Assembly (NCBI GenBank): GCA_043228905.1
Contig: JBHGNT010000007.1
Location: 2,480,001-2,544,000 of the forward strand
From: Azolla caroliniana
Taxonomy: Eukaryota; Plantae; Polypodiophyta
DNA: 64,000 nt
Direction of reading: 5' to 3'
Positions 50,842 through 64,000 of this stretch are shown one piece after another. The notes beneath the pieces were generated by a model, which saw only the letters and a program-made list of their open reading frames with translations, did no database searches and was not told where the DNA came from. The translations under genes were made by a program, and so were the position numbers. The stretch's first letter is position 1. Each line of letters opens with the position of its first letter.

Positions 50842-51833
50842 TAGGAGAGAGAGAGAGTGTCACGTGACTTTGCACGTGCAAATGCATTTCTTGCTCAAAA
50901 ACGCTTCCTCACCCCCTCCCCCCCCTTTTTTCTTCTTTCTTTCTTTCTCTTTCTTCATCACACACCAAAATGTAGAAAGAAAGAGAAAATCAGAAGAAGC
51001 AAAATGGTGAAGAAAGAAATCCAATGTAGAACACACACACACACACACACACACACTCACTCTCTCACTCTCTCTCCTCACACACGCTCTCTCTCTATCC
51101 TTACACACACAAACACTCTCTCTCTATCCTTACACACACAAACATTCTCTCTCTATCCTTGCACTACACACACATTCTCTCTCTCTCTCTACCCTTACAC
51201 TCTCTTTCTTTCTATCCTTTTATACACACTCACACTCACACACTCTCTCTATCCTGATTCCTCACACACACACACACACCATCTATCTCTCTCTATCCTT
51301 ACACACTCACACACACACACTCTCTCTATCCTCACACACACACACACCATCTATCTCTCTCTATCCTTACACACATTACACACACACACACACACTCTCT
51401 CTCTATCCTTACACTAAACACACACACTCTCTCTCTATCCTTACACTACACACTCTCTCTCTATCCTTACACACATTATACACACACACACTCCTCTATC
51501 TCTCTCTCTATATCTTTCTTTCTTTCTTTCTATCCCATACACACACTGTCTCTCTCTCTCTCTCTATCCTACACACACACACACACACACACTGTCTCTC
51601 TCTCTCTCTATCCTACAGACACACACACACTGTCTCTCTCTCTCTATCCTACAGACACACACACTGTCTCTCTCTCTCTATCCTACACACACACACACTC
51701 TCTCTCTCTATCCTTACCCACACTCTTTGTCTCTGTCTCTACTCACATTCCCTTTCTATCCTTCCTTCACACACAATCCCTCTCTCTCTCTCTCTCTCTC
51801 TCTCTACCCCTCCCCCCCTCTCTGTTCTGTCCC

Positions 51834-51866
<33 letters not shown>

Positions 51867-51969
51867 CGCTCCACTACCTCCTGTCACATCAACCCAACGA
51901 GCAGCAGAAACCCCTGTTTCCATAAGGATCTCTCTCTCTTACTAAGTTCTTCTCTTTCTTCTGTTCCGT

Positions 51970-52017
<48 letters not shown>

Positions 52018-52033
52018 ACACACACACACACAT

Positions 52034-52072
<39 letters not shown>

Positions 52073-52073
52073 C
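50807..52073. repeat. ~1.2-kb compound CT/CA microsatellite-minisatellite tract immediately upstream of the kinase gene
   Basis: Unit (CT)n-ATCCT(T)-(AC)n is reiterated many times over ~51030-51730, followed by (CT)n, (CTGT)n and (CA)n blocks. Confidence 0.95.
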
Positions 52074-52105
52074 GTTCTCCCTTCCCCTGTTTCTCCATGT
52101 GAGCA

Positions 52106-55100
52106 ATGGCTGGCGATGGAGATCTAAGCAACAAGATGTCTGAGAAGACAACCCTCTTCGGCCTCAAGCTGTGGGTTCTCATAGGTATCACAGTCAGCAT
52201 CTTCATAGCTCTTATCCTCTTCATCCTCTCTCTATGGCTCATCTCTCGCAAGAAATTGAACCATTTATCTACAGAGAAGAACAAGAACCGGAAGAAAATC
52301 GACGACAACAGCAAGAAGAGATTCCATTTCAGCCTTTGCAAAAGCAGTACTAACAGCAGTGCCAACAACAGTACTAATTACAGCACTAATAGTACTGGTA
52401 ATTCTTCTATACCAGCACACTCTAAGGAGATCAAGGTGGATAGAGTGGTCCAAACTAGTGGTGGAGGAGGAGTTATTCTAACTATAACAGATAGCACAGG
52501 AGATGGTGAACCTGAACAGGTCCTTGTTCGTGTGGGAGTCTCCCGAAAATCTCCTGATAAACACACTGTTTCGAACTCTAGTACGAGTACTCGTACTTTG
52601 AATGGAATGAAAGCAGAAGCTATGGAGAAACAATCTCTCATCTTGCAATCACAAGGTGTAAGCATTCCTCACACTCAATTGCACATTGAAGAAGACAGCA
52701 GAGAAGGAAAAGGAAGAGGAGGTGAAGAGAAAGAAGGAGAAAATAGTGTAAGGCTTGTTCATATGAGCGGGGAGCTCGGGTCGGGGTCCGGATTCTCGGA
52801 AGAATTGCACTTTGGTTGGGGTCATTGGTTCACATTGAGGGAGCTTCAGATTGCCACTAATGGGTTCTCTTCAGATCACGTGTTAGGAGAAGGTGGATAT
52901 GGCATTGTTTACAGAGGGAAGCTGCCCAATGAAACCATGGTTGCTGTAAAGAGCCTTTTGAATAACATGTAAGTGAAATGTACATGTATTTACCTATACA
53001 TATATACATATGCATACATACACACCGCACATATATAGCTTAGTTAGAATTACTGTGGTGTGTCTTTCATTGACTTTATTTTTTCCCTTAGTGTTGGGAT
53101 GTGGGATCTAGCTATATGCAATAAGTTTTAGACATTTTTCTCACTGGATCCTAAGAGCACATTTAGGATTCAATGTGCCAGAGTTGCACCTAACGTTATA
53201 ATCCTGTAAGAACTGTGCCATTTTCACAGTATGATTCTCATCACAAGGAAGTGAATGTATATTATGAAGGATTCTTGCCGCTTGGCTTGATTGGAATATG
53301 TGTTTTTTCTTCTTAGTGCAAACCTCTAGCATCTGGGAATACACTAGAGAGTTTTATACATTTTCACAGTCTGATTCTTGGCAGCACGTCGTGGATGTGG
53401 ACCAAAATTATGAGCCTTCAAGAACCTTTAGTCATTTTCTCACTATTATTCTGACCACTTTGTGGATTTAGATCTAACGTTTATGGGCTTCTGAGAGCAA
53501 GATGAATCATAGCTAGTTACAGAGAATGTGCAGTGTGGTGTGTTTGGGGAGCTCGTAGGTTTCTGTTTTCTCCAACATTATTAATAAACATTTATTGAAA
53601 ACCAATTGTTTGGGGGGTTGTTTGTGATTGTGCTTGTTTTTTTCCCTAAAGCCCCATAATTTTATATTGGATTCTCTTTTTGTATTATTGCAGGGGTCAA
53701 GCTGAGAGAGAATTCCGTGTTGAAGTTGAGGCGATCGGGCGAGTGCGACATAAAAACCTCGTACGGTTTCTTGGGTATTGCATCGAAGGTACTCACAGGT
53801 GGGGAAACATTTTATTTTTTTCTGGGACTCTTTTAAACATGACAGAAACCACGATCATTGGTCTTTTAAGTATAAATGATTTGAGGAATTTATATCGTAT
53901 GAAATCCTTCTAGTATATCTTATGCTAAGTATAAATACTGGGCTAATCTTTCAACTTTCAATAACACCTAGTTTATTCTGAGTGAATGTTACTATTAAAT
54001 TTTAAAAAAATTTATTGAATTGTTTTTGTGGTGAATCTAAACTAAGGACTGCATAAGTATAAATGCTAGGTTAATCGTGATATTCCGCCACAACATGTAG
54101 CTTATTTTTGGGACTATGACTGCAGAAAATATACCCTGAAAGTCTTCTGAGAAAATAACGCATGCAAATGTTAGTATCGTAAGTTTATTAAAATAGCCAA
54201 ACATTTCTAGAGAAAAGCTTTAAAATTTGCTTACTTGGTGAAAATTAGCATCTATTTTCTGCAGTTACAACCGTGAGTTTATTAAAATAGGCAAACATTT
54301 CTAGAGAAATTTTTAAAATTTGCTTACTTGGTGAAAATTAGCATCTATTTTCCTCAGTTATAACCCCTGTATATACTGGATTGGCACCAGGATGCTTAAT
54401 AGCATTGAGAGTATTGATATATAGTGTGGTATTGCAGAATGCTTGTGTATGAGTATGTGGACAATGGAAATCTCGAGCAATGGCTTCATGGTTCCTCGGG
54501 CTGCCTCACATGGGAGAATCGCATGAGAATCATCATTGGTACAGCCAAAGCGTAAGAATGCGTTGAAGACATTTTATTGTTCTGTCTGCCTGTGTTTTCC
54601 TATTATATTGATCTATTCATGATGTGTTAACGTTGTGACTTATCCCAGGCTAGCATATTTGCACGAGGCATTAGAACCGAAAGTGGTGCATCGGGATATC
54701 AAAGCTAGCAACATTTTGATTGATAGCCAATGGAATGCAAAGGTGTCTGATTTTGGGCTTGCAAAGATGTTAGGAGCTGGGAAAAGCCATGTCACAACCA
54801 GAGTTATGGGCACTTTCGGGTATGCACTTACAAATTGCATTTGGCAATCGTTTTCTTTACTAATTGGCCTAGTTTACTTTTCATGCAATGTGCTTTTCAT
54901 TATAAATAATTGGGCACTTTTTAAGGTAAGCATAGGTGACGTGCTTTCATTAGCATCGCTACCTCATTTTTGGGTTCTTAAGCATGTGGTTTCATTAGAT
55001 GATCAACATATCAAGGTCAGAGTTGTTTAGGAACAAAGAGTAGTACATGATGTTTTTCCTTGACATTTACAGGTATGTTGCCCCAGAGTATGCTAGTACG

Positions 55101-55843
55101 GGGCTTTTAAATGAGCGGAGTGATGTGTATAGTTTTGGTGTTCTTGTTCTGGAGACGATAACTGGTCGAGATCCGGTTGACTATTCGAGGCCGACGGGAG
55201 AGGTGGGTTGTTCATGTTCATTACATTATAATGCAAATTGTACATGCAAATGATTCAGTTGATGTGTTCTTCAATGAAGAAAATCTATTTAAACTTTGTC
55301 GTCTGTTTTGATGCCTTTTGCTATGAATGTTTATTTTCCATGTTAATGGAATTGATCGCCGCTTTCAATGAATATTTATTCTCTCCCTCTTTCTATGTCT
55401 CAATGATTAGCTGATTGCCATTTGCCATGCAAGCTTTTTCATGGGAGGCATTGATTGTCATTTATGCTAACCAACTGTGAAGAGTTGAACTCGTGACGTG
55501 TACCAAGGAACCAAAACCCCCTAAGCCAGTCTCAAAAACCCCCAGTTAATTTATGAATTAGTCATAGGTAACATTCAAACTTACTTTTGTTTGTTTTATT
55601 CAGGTAAATCTTCTAGATTGGTTGAAAGTGATGGTCGGGAATCGCCGTTCCGAAGAGGTGGTTGATCCAAAGCTTTCTGATAAACCAGCCCCTCGTGTAC
55701 TGAAGAAGGTTCTCTTGATCGCGTTACGATGTGTTGACCCCGAATCGGAGAAGAGGCCAAGAATGGGGCATGTGGTGCACATGTTAGAGTCAGAGGATTT
55801 CCCTTACCGTGATGCAAGGAGCTTGTTGACGAGCGGTGCATAA
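52106..55843 (+). CDS. Membrane-anchored receptor-like Ser/Thr kinase, RLCK-V type (At1g01540/At5g18500-like), 540 aa
   Basis: Exons 52106-52968, 53694-53798, 54438-54551, 54649-54819, 55073-55202, 55604-55843 = 1623 nt in frame. N-terminal [14 protein letters not shown] segment, [68 protein letters not shown]. Confidence 0.95.
54180..54365. repeat. ~93-bp tandem duplication in kinase intron 2
   Basis: TTTATTAAAATAG.CAAACATTTCTAGAGAAA...GCATCTATTTTC..CAGTTA.AACC occurs twice. Confidence 0.9.
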
Positions 55844-58800
55844 ATTGTACTTATGGATTGATTGGTTTCTTCTAACACAAACAAAAGCCCTTTCATTACA
55901 TTCAATGATTCACCATGTGCCGATTGACTACGGATAGGTAAAAATTCTACCTCGAACTTCTCGCAGAAGCTCAGGGGGGGGGGGGATATACACATGTGTA
56001 AGTGTCCTCGGCCCAAGGTGTTAAGAGTTCTGTACATAAATTGGTTTCCTAAAGAGCTTTCTAAGGATTCTCACCATACTTGTTTAAAACAAAGATAAAA
56101 AAGGGGTAATTGTTTTTTGGGTAATGATGCCTCTATAAGAGACCACATGGATTATTGATTGGCTCTTTCGAATCCATGTTGGTTTCTCAGTTATTGATGG
56201 TTTGGCTGTTTAAAAACTGTAGATTAGTTCTCATGAAGTTGTATGTCGCGAGTTTTTCCATGGTATTGGCATGTATCCCGCCCTACCCACCGATGCCAGT
56301 AACATGTCTAATTTGGCCATAAAAAGAAACATGTTGTGGTATATGAAGTCGGGGCGTGCTCATTACATGAGATGCAATTCTGTTGGTAATGATGGGAGTA
56401 GTATCTGAAACCCTAATGCATTGGATTAGCTTGACTTGCAATGCATTTCAATGGAGAAAAAGATCAAAATGTTTACGGAATTGATGAAATATCTCTTTTT
56501 CTCTCACTTATCATTGTTCCATTCTGTGTGAAGAATAAAAAATGGATAGCCAAAGATGAATATGCTTATGTTTGTTGATACCGTTGATATTAAAATGTAC
56601 TAGATGTCAAATCAGCCTATGGCCTATCAAATCGAACTTCAAGAATTGATTAGTGATTCTGGATGCTCAAGAATTTAACAAAAAAACATTGCAATTGCAA
56701 TTCAGTGCACATTTTGACTAAGAAATAATGGTTAACGATAGGTTTGAATCTAAAATGTGTGGAAAGCAAGTTCACATGTGTCTAATAGTAGGGCATTTTA
56801 GTAATGTGGCATGTAGACTCTCTCAAACTTGTTCAAGGTAAAGTATGTATAGTCAACAAGTTTCCTCACTTGTGCTCCGATGCAGTGTTGTATAGTGAAA
56901 AGAATGTGAGCTAAGTTGTATGGAAGTAATTGCTCCTATTCAAAATGTGTAATTCTGCTTGTTTGAAAAAGAAAGTATGTGTAAAAACATGTGAAGCATG
57001 AACCTCTCTCCCAATCCATTATACATTGTTACACAAAATGCAGTCATCGAGGACTCTTTTGAGGCATCATGTAACAAGAGAAATGCAGTTTGTCTCCCAA
57101 ATCATATCATTGTACCTTGGACCCATTTGGATGTCAAGCAAAGCCTCTGCTTGAGAGGGAGAGACACACCTTCATGCAAATTTGAAAGGCGGCTATACAA
57201 ATGTACTCCTTAGTATGTATAGTAAGTGAAATATGTGTAGATAGATCAAAATAATCTAAAACAAAAGGGAATAGTTTTTCAAGCTACCCCCTTTTAAAAT
57301 GCGTGCATACTTTTTAGAATCCCATTACTTTATACATGATGAAATATTCAATGTAAAGTTAAACCATTGGTTGATAATATATCAAAACACTAAAAGCTCG
57401 TAGAAAGCTAGATGTTTTGGTGCTTTATGATCCTTTGGCAACAATTTATGAAGAAATGCTAACATGTCACATTATATGCTAATACAAAAAGCCTTTCTTG
57501 GTGGATTGGTTAGCCTAATGTGTGGGACTACCCAATGGTGGTAAAATTGTGTCGAGATTTATCCAATTTCAATCCAAAGTATTAACGAACTCATATTAAA
57601 ATACTAATTGGGATGTAGACAATTTATGAGGCTATCTTGGTTATATTCTTAGGTGATATGATGGCAATGTATGAAAGTGACACGTGTTTTATTTGATGTA
57701 TGTTGTTGCTTCATTTATAGATTCAGCAACCTAAATGTATATTTTTTTTCTAGACGGTCAAAGCAAAATATGCAAGGTGTCATACCTAAATTTTTTATCT
57801 ATGTCAGATGTTAAAGCAAATTGTAGAAAGTAGTGTCTTTGAATATTCATTTAAGATAGCGTTCTCCATACGACAAATGAATGTTACCAATCATTCTATG
57901 TATTGATATGTGGATGGTGATAAGAAGAACCTAAAAGTACGAAGGCCAATGTCTATATGCAAAACATTGAGTAATACTAACTATGTAAATTGGTATACAA
58001 AGTGCATCACATATTCATACATTTTTTTATTCATTAAATTGTCATGTTCAACAAGGACTGCTTAGTTTGTATATGGTCAAAATATATATGCATGGTTGTT
58101 TCTTGTACGTATCATGTAGTAAGGTTCAAAACTCACTTTTTGGAGATGAATCCCCGCAATTCATGGATCAAACTATATTTTGCATAGAGAATGCACATTG
58201 GAATAACTATATATTAAAGCATTCTTAGTGAAGACAAGCAAACAGTTTGCTCAACCATTCAATTACTCGTAAAAAATAGCAAATAAATGTATAACGTATG
58301 CCTTCATTGCATAATCCCTTGAAACCATGGGCATCCATGATTGTCAATAGGAAAGAGTGAAGAATGGAACCTTTACCCGCGTATGTCAACAAACACAAGG
58401 ATGTACATAAACTAACATGTAATTTTGCAAGTATATGTTCTACCAAATTATTTTTCTGTTTTTGGGTCGTCCATTTTGGTGCAACAAAAACACAAGCATC
58501 CCTTTGATTAATAATAATGTATACACAATGGATAATTGACTTGCATCTAAGCATTGTAAGTGGCTTCACAAGGCCCAAATAATCCTTGAAGTGAGAATAA
58601 GCATACATACCTCGAAAGTATATATACGACATCAAATGTGAAAAACATCAACCCAATCTCCCTTTATAGGAGTTTGTGTTGCCTTGCGTCCCACAAAGAA
58701 ATGTTTTTTATTTAAGTTACGCCTATACTTTCTTACACAATTTATTATGGAGAAGCATATCTAGGAATAAATTCACGTTAATCTGCATGTACCTTTTATT

Positions 58801-61800
58801 CTAGGTATAAACAACACCCAATTAAAAATTGTCTAAAGGAGTCCACTCCGCACCCATGTAAAACAAAACATGACATTGAAACATGCATGCAATGTAAACA
58901 ACTATACATGTTAGCTATAACGCTTAATGTAAAAGATGATTACATCAATACATTTAGTGCGATCATGCACTTGGCTTTAGATGATACAATATTGATAAAG
59001 ACACATATAACAATGACTTTCATAAACAACCCATAACTATTAAGAATTTCATTGTAAATGAGGAAATTGAAAATGGTTGAAAACTACAAAATGAAGGGAA
59101 AAACATTTGCAGAAAATGATGTGGGCACATTATATTTGCGAGGGCACATGGTTTTGGGTGTTGGCAACCAGGAAACAATCTTTTTACTATCTACTATTCG
59201 AATGCAGTATGTTACCATGAAAACAAAGATTGCACACACATTGTTGAAGCATAAACCATTGTTCAGGCAATAACCTAATTTTATTAAGTGCATAGATCCT
59301 AGCTGTTTCCCATGGATGTTGATAATAAATCTATAACATAAAAAAATCATACACCATATTATCATCATGACTATCTGTGTCATGTTCCATGTGATTCTCT
59401 TTGTTATTTGTCATTTATTGCATAATAAGAGGACACTACTAGATGCACTTCTTGGATTGTCTCATACACCTTTGGCTGGTGTTAAGATAAGCTTCTTACT
59501 TTGTTAAGGGGTAATTGTATTGTTCCAACCCTTGTAATGGTGTACGGATGAATGTGCGTGGTATCCTTTTTTCCTTTATAGGAAAAAACATCATTTTCAC
59601 TTTGTGTATTGGTATAAAATTCCATTGATTTCCTTTTTGTTTGACACACAAATGTAATTGCACTCAGAGTTACAAATGTGTGCCAAAGTTCATGGGAGGT
59701 GATCATGATTCGTGAAACCAAAAATCATTACAAAGCACTCTCGCCTACTAGAGAGAGAGATTTATAAGTATCATGTACTTTTCAAGTTAAGAGTAACAAT
59801 AGATATCATATCCTTTGAACAATTGTTGGAGCTGGAGGTATGCAATTTCCAAACAAGCATTCTAAATGATCTAATGTTAGCAATGTTACAATTCTTACCA
59901 AAGAGGGAATGTTTTGTACTCTATTATTTAGCCATACTTTTGGACTTGCAGCATTTTGTAGATTGGTAGTTTTAGAAATAGCCTGCTTCTTGAGATGGGT
60001 GGTTTTGCACGTGATGTAGATTTCAAGGTGGTTTAGACTTTAGAATAAAATGGTAATTCAAACAAGTAACCAACACCTTTGGGGTTAAACAAGATCTAAA
60101 TGTAATCACATAAGCTTAGGCTGGTTGGTTCCATGAGTTTGAATTTGTATAAGAATGCTTTTACTAATTGAAACTTTGTGATATATTCTTCTAAAACCTC
60201 ATTGACATTGCTATTCTTCAACTTTTTCATTAGCTCTTATTAGATTAACATGATATTCAATTGAGCATTCTAGCAAATGTGTGACTTTAATGGGAGGGAT
60301 ATGTATATAATAACAAAGTGGAAAGATGTTACACAGAAATTCAATATCCACACGCTCTAATGTTGATGTACTTCCAAGTCATTGTAGACCATAATATCCA
60401 ATGGCAAGACCAACAATGGCTTTTATAAACACATTTGGGTACATAAATGCAAATTGAAAGCAATAGATCAATAACTCAAGAATAATATTCTGAATAGAAT
60501 GCAATGAACGTGACATGTTTCCCATAAAAACAATTGAAAGAGAGATATTTTGGACAATTTTAATGATATCTTGAACCACAATTCAATGTTCATGCATAAG
60601 TGGAGATAGTGTGAAGGACATAAAATTGCCAATGTGCGATTATTAACATTTGGATCAATTCATTTGTTAGTTTAGTATATGGTATTTGTGGTCTAGACTC
60701 TAAACTACATATGTACATGTAAGTTTTTTTTTTCCAAATAAGAATATACTCCATTAGTTAAAAGACAAAGAGTGATGTACATGTACATGTAAGTTTGCTT
60801 GAGAGAGATTGTATACCTGTTATTTATATAAACAAATTAATAATCAAACCCTTTATGGGAGGTGATGTCAACGAACATCCCTCGAGGGGCAGTTGTCCTC
60901 TATGACTTTCTTCAGCCTTTCCCTCACACTCCTACAAAATTACCTCCATGACCCGATTGGCTTTTGAAAGGAAATCGTGAATGTATTCATTTCTTTATCA
61001 TGTGCCTTCGGACTCTAGGCTAAGATTGTGTTTGTGAATATATATATTTTAAAACTAAAGCAAAATTAGTAAATAGGAAAAGTTTGTCATGACAAAGAGG
61101 AACAATAAAAGAAGACTTTTGTAAACCTAAACCCAATCGAATATGAATAAGGGTACTGAAAAGGATGATTAAAATAAACTACAACAAATACATAAATATG
61201 TATTTATGAATAAATGTTCACATTGTACCACAATTTGGTAAATGGTTTAAATAAACCCTTGTGACATGTTCCCATTCCTTATCATATAATTACTTATTAT
61301 TCAAGTAAGTTCTGTGTGTGAACCATTTGGGGTTTTAGAAATGTCACTAACTTTTTCATGATTAATTCTCTTACCTACTTAAAATACACGACTATAAATT
61401 AATCTTTCATCCCCCAAACCCTTAGATATGATCCATTTCCAAGGAAAATGGGTTGAATGGATCACTACATGCTAAGGTGTCCAACATTCTTTGAACTCTT
61501 GTTTTTTCTAGTTTGCAAGTTGTTTTGTATACATATATTAATGTGGAATTTGACGATTGATTTAATAATTGCCATAAATTTTAGTTATAGAGGCATATAT
61601 GTAAGTCCCTTGGCTCTTTTCTGCGTTGTAAAGTAAAAGGACCGGGTTATATTTGGAAGTGCTAGTATATTATAGGATGAAAAAAATCGAAAACATGATT
61701 AGAATAAAACATGACTCTTGGAGAAAGCAAGAATATGAACATGCCATGGATGTCTATGTCAATGGCATACTATGGATGCCTATATTGATCATGGATGAGT

Positions 61801-62969
61801 TGATAGATCCGGTGGGTTTTAACAACTAATAAACATGAACATACCATTAACATCTATATCAATGAGCATGTCATGGATGCATTTACTGATGAGATCAACA
61901 TGGATTTCTATATCGATGGTGGTTGTATATAAGGGAACTGGAATTTGCAACCTATGAACATGAATATATCATGGATGTTGATGAACATGCAATGAAATTT
62001 CTGCCCATAATGCATAGATCTAGGCAAACTTGAGTTCACAAATCAAGGGTCATGAACCCAAACTCAGGGCTTGGAGAAAGCAAGGAATATTGAACATCAA
62101 TGTACAAAAAACTATGTGTGGTTATTGTATATACACATCAAATTGGTCATGATGAGAGTACAATGGAATCAGTTGGTATATCCAACACAACTTTTGTATT
62201 TCTTATAAGTTATGATTTTATAAAACCAAGGTGTATCTTTTTGTCAAAAAAGAAAAAGAAAAAAGGATCGGGTTACCTAAACTATAAAAAAACTCAAGAC
62301 GTGAGAGAAAATATGATGAGTCGCTTCTTGAGTTCTTCAAAGATCATTCCAGAAATGTTAAAAAGAACCATTATCAATTAAGGCTAAATTTTGGCTTGTG
62401 GTCACTAAAATGACTCAACCTAAATTATGCAAAAGAAAAATTTTCGTACAAAGTATGAAGATAACTAACGTATAAGAAAGGTCCCTAGAATTCAATCTAG
62501 ATCTTGGCAAACCTTCATTCATGTAAATACCATAAAAGACTATAGGGTAAGATAATGAATGTATAGAAGGATCCATTGCAAAAAAGCATATTATATAGAC
62601 GGTATCAAGAAATATTATAATATATTTGGGGGATCGAGAAACTTAGCATATTACATAGTATATTGGAGGATTGGAAAACTCCGTATCACATTGCATAACA
62701 TGGTATGTATAGTAGGGAAACTAGATCTTTGTTTATAATATGCCAATATCACTAACATGTTATAATAGGGTATGCCAAAAAATACATGTATTATGTAGTA
62801 CTACAACATGGGAACCTCAACCTAGCATATATTAAGGTATTGTATGGCTCAGTACATTATGTGGTAATATAAGGTGTCTCACAACTCGACATATTCCATG
62901 GTATATGATAGGGAACTCACACAATTCAATACAATATTTCATTCTTAAATTTGATAAAACAAGCATGTA

Positions 62970-63051
62970 GTCGCTTTGGCCGAGTGGTTAAGGCGTGTGC
63001 CTGCTAAGTACATGGGGTTTCCCCGCGAGAGTTCGAATCTCTCAGGCGACG
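62970..63051 (+). tRNA. Nuclear tRNA-Ser(GCT), 82 nt, intronless
   Basis: Acceptor GTCGCTT/AGGCGAC, A box TGGCCGAGTGG, anticodon arm TGTGC-CTGCTAA-GTACA, variable arm GGGG-TTT-CCCC, T arm GAGAG-TTCGAAT-CTCTC, discriminator G. Confidence 0.97.
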
Positions 63052-63062
63052 CGACTGGTAAA

Positions 63063-63068
63063 TTTTTT
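63063..63068 (+). terminator. Pol III oligo-T terminator of tRNA-Ser
   Basis: T6 run 11 nt after the tRNA 3' end. Confidence 0.8.
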
Positions 63069-63794
63069 GTATTTATTTGTTTTGTCACAATATTCACTCT
63101 TTATCTCTACAACACTCTTTCACATATTCTTCTTTAAGGAAATTTTATGCTCGAAAAGTATCGAGTTTGAATTCCTATATATGGATAACAAAATCATCTC
63201 AAATTCCATCCATCCATCCAATAGATGGAGAAGTTGTCCTTGGCCATGGCCACTATCAATGTTGTATCCATTTAGCGTATGTTTCATCATTCAATAGACA
63301 TGGTACAATGATCTAGCCATCCATCTTAAATCAACATGTTTGAAGGATGTTGCAACAAAAAGGGCTCAACTACTAAATTCTAGTGTGTTGTATCCAATAT
63401 CTATAATCCATCCTTTGCAAGCTTGCATGAACCATCCATCTAGTGACAAGATTACCTTTGATCGTCTAATGTCTTTCTCTGTGACTTGAAGTGTCCTTAT
63501 GAGTGTGAGTATTAAGTTCATTTAACTTAAACTATTTCCTTCATGTTATGAAAAAAATAAAGTGCAAATGTCTAAATAAAAATTTCCTATTCGTGTGAAG
63601 GATTGGTCTTACTTCATGATAATGTTTTATGAAAAACTGCCTAAATGCTCAGCCAATAGAATCGATTCAAGAGCCACTTATGAGCCTATCAACACAAATG
63701 AAGCCTTGTTAAGAGATTTTGATACTCAAAAGCATATACACATGTTGGGATATAATTTATAAATATGAAAGTAAATAAAACCTTGCCGAATTTA

Positions 63795-63900
63795 GCTCAT
63801 AGCTTGAGAGAATAGGATAATTTGACCAAAGACATACATGGATAGGATAATTCAACTCATAGCTTCAGAGAATAGGATAATTTGACCAAAGACATACATG
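63795..63900. repeat. 60-bp-period tandem duplication
   Basis: CTCATAGCTT.AGAGAATAGGATAATTTGACCAAAGACATACATG occurs twice. Confidence 0.9.
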
Positions 63901-64000
63901 AATAACCTTTTGAGAACATGCAATATTGTGTGAATATGATAATCTGTAACACTCTTCAGACTAATAAACCCACGACTAGATAACACACTACTCATCCATA

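Noticed and set aside
50857-51417. 186-aa HT/SL-rich ORF
   Set aside because: Translation of CA/CT microsatellites.
54-55843. TPLATE, G-gamma and the kinase as a functional plasma-membrane signalling cluster
   Set aside because: Interspersed with unrelated housekeeping genes, with mixed orientation and no shared element seen; only conserved synteny or co-expression could support it.
56400-61600. Short ORFs in AT-rich DNA after the kinase gene
   Set aside because: No recognisable motifs or coherent splice chain; probably decayed repeats that I cannot classify.

Overview
AT-rich eukaryotic (land-plant) genomic DNA with GT-AG introns and abundant (CT)n/(CA)n microsatellites; the repeat landscape and protein divergence suggest a fern, but that is inference only. 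Six spliced protein-coding genes can be rebuilt in frame by hand: the 3' half of TPLATE (+, 54-7114), a family S28 prolylcarboxypeptidase (+, 16331-20899), a canonical heterotrimeric G-protein gamma subunit largely missed by the ORF track (-, 30226-28395), ABCF1 (-, 35665-32423), chloroplast co-chaperonin CPN20 (+, 41062-44148) and an RLCK-V-type membrane-anchored kinase (+, 52106-55843). There is also an intact tRNA-Ser(GCT) gene (62970-63051). Introns and intergenic DNA hold a solo LTR nested in a decayed Ty1/copia element, a hAT-type MITE with an 8-bp TSD, LINE remnants, tRNA-derived fragments and many minisatellites. I see no convincing novel multi-gene system. The least explained element is a ~200-bp GC-richer island at 50477-50676 made of consecutive hairpins, two of which carry near-identical 5'-splice-site-like loops.
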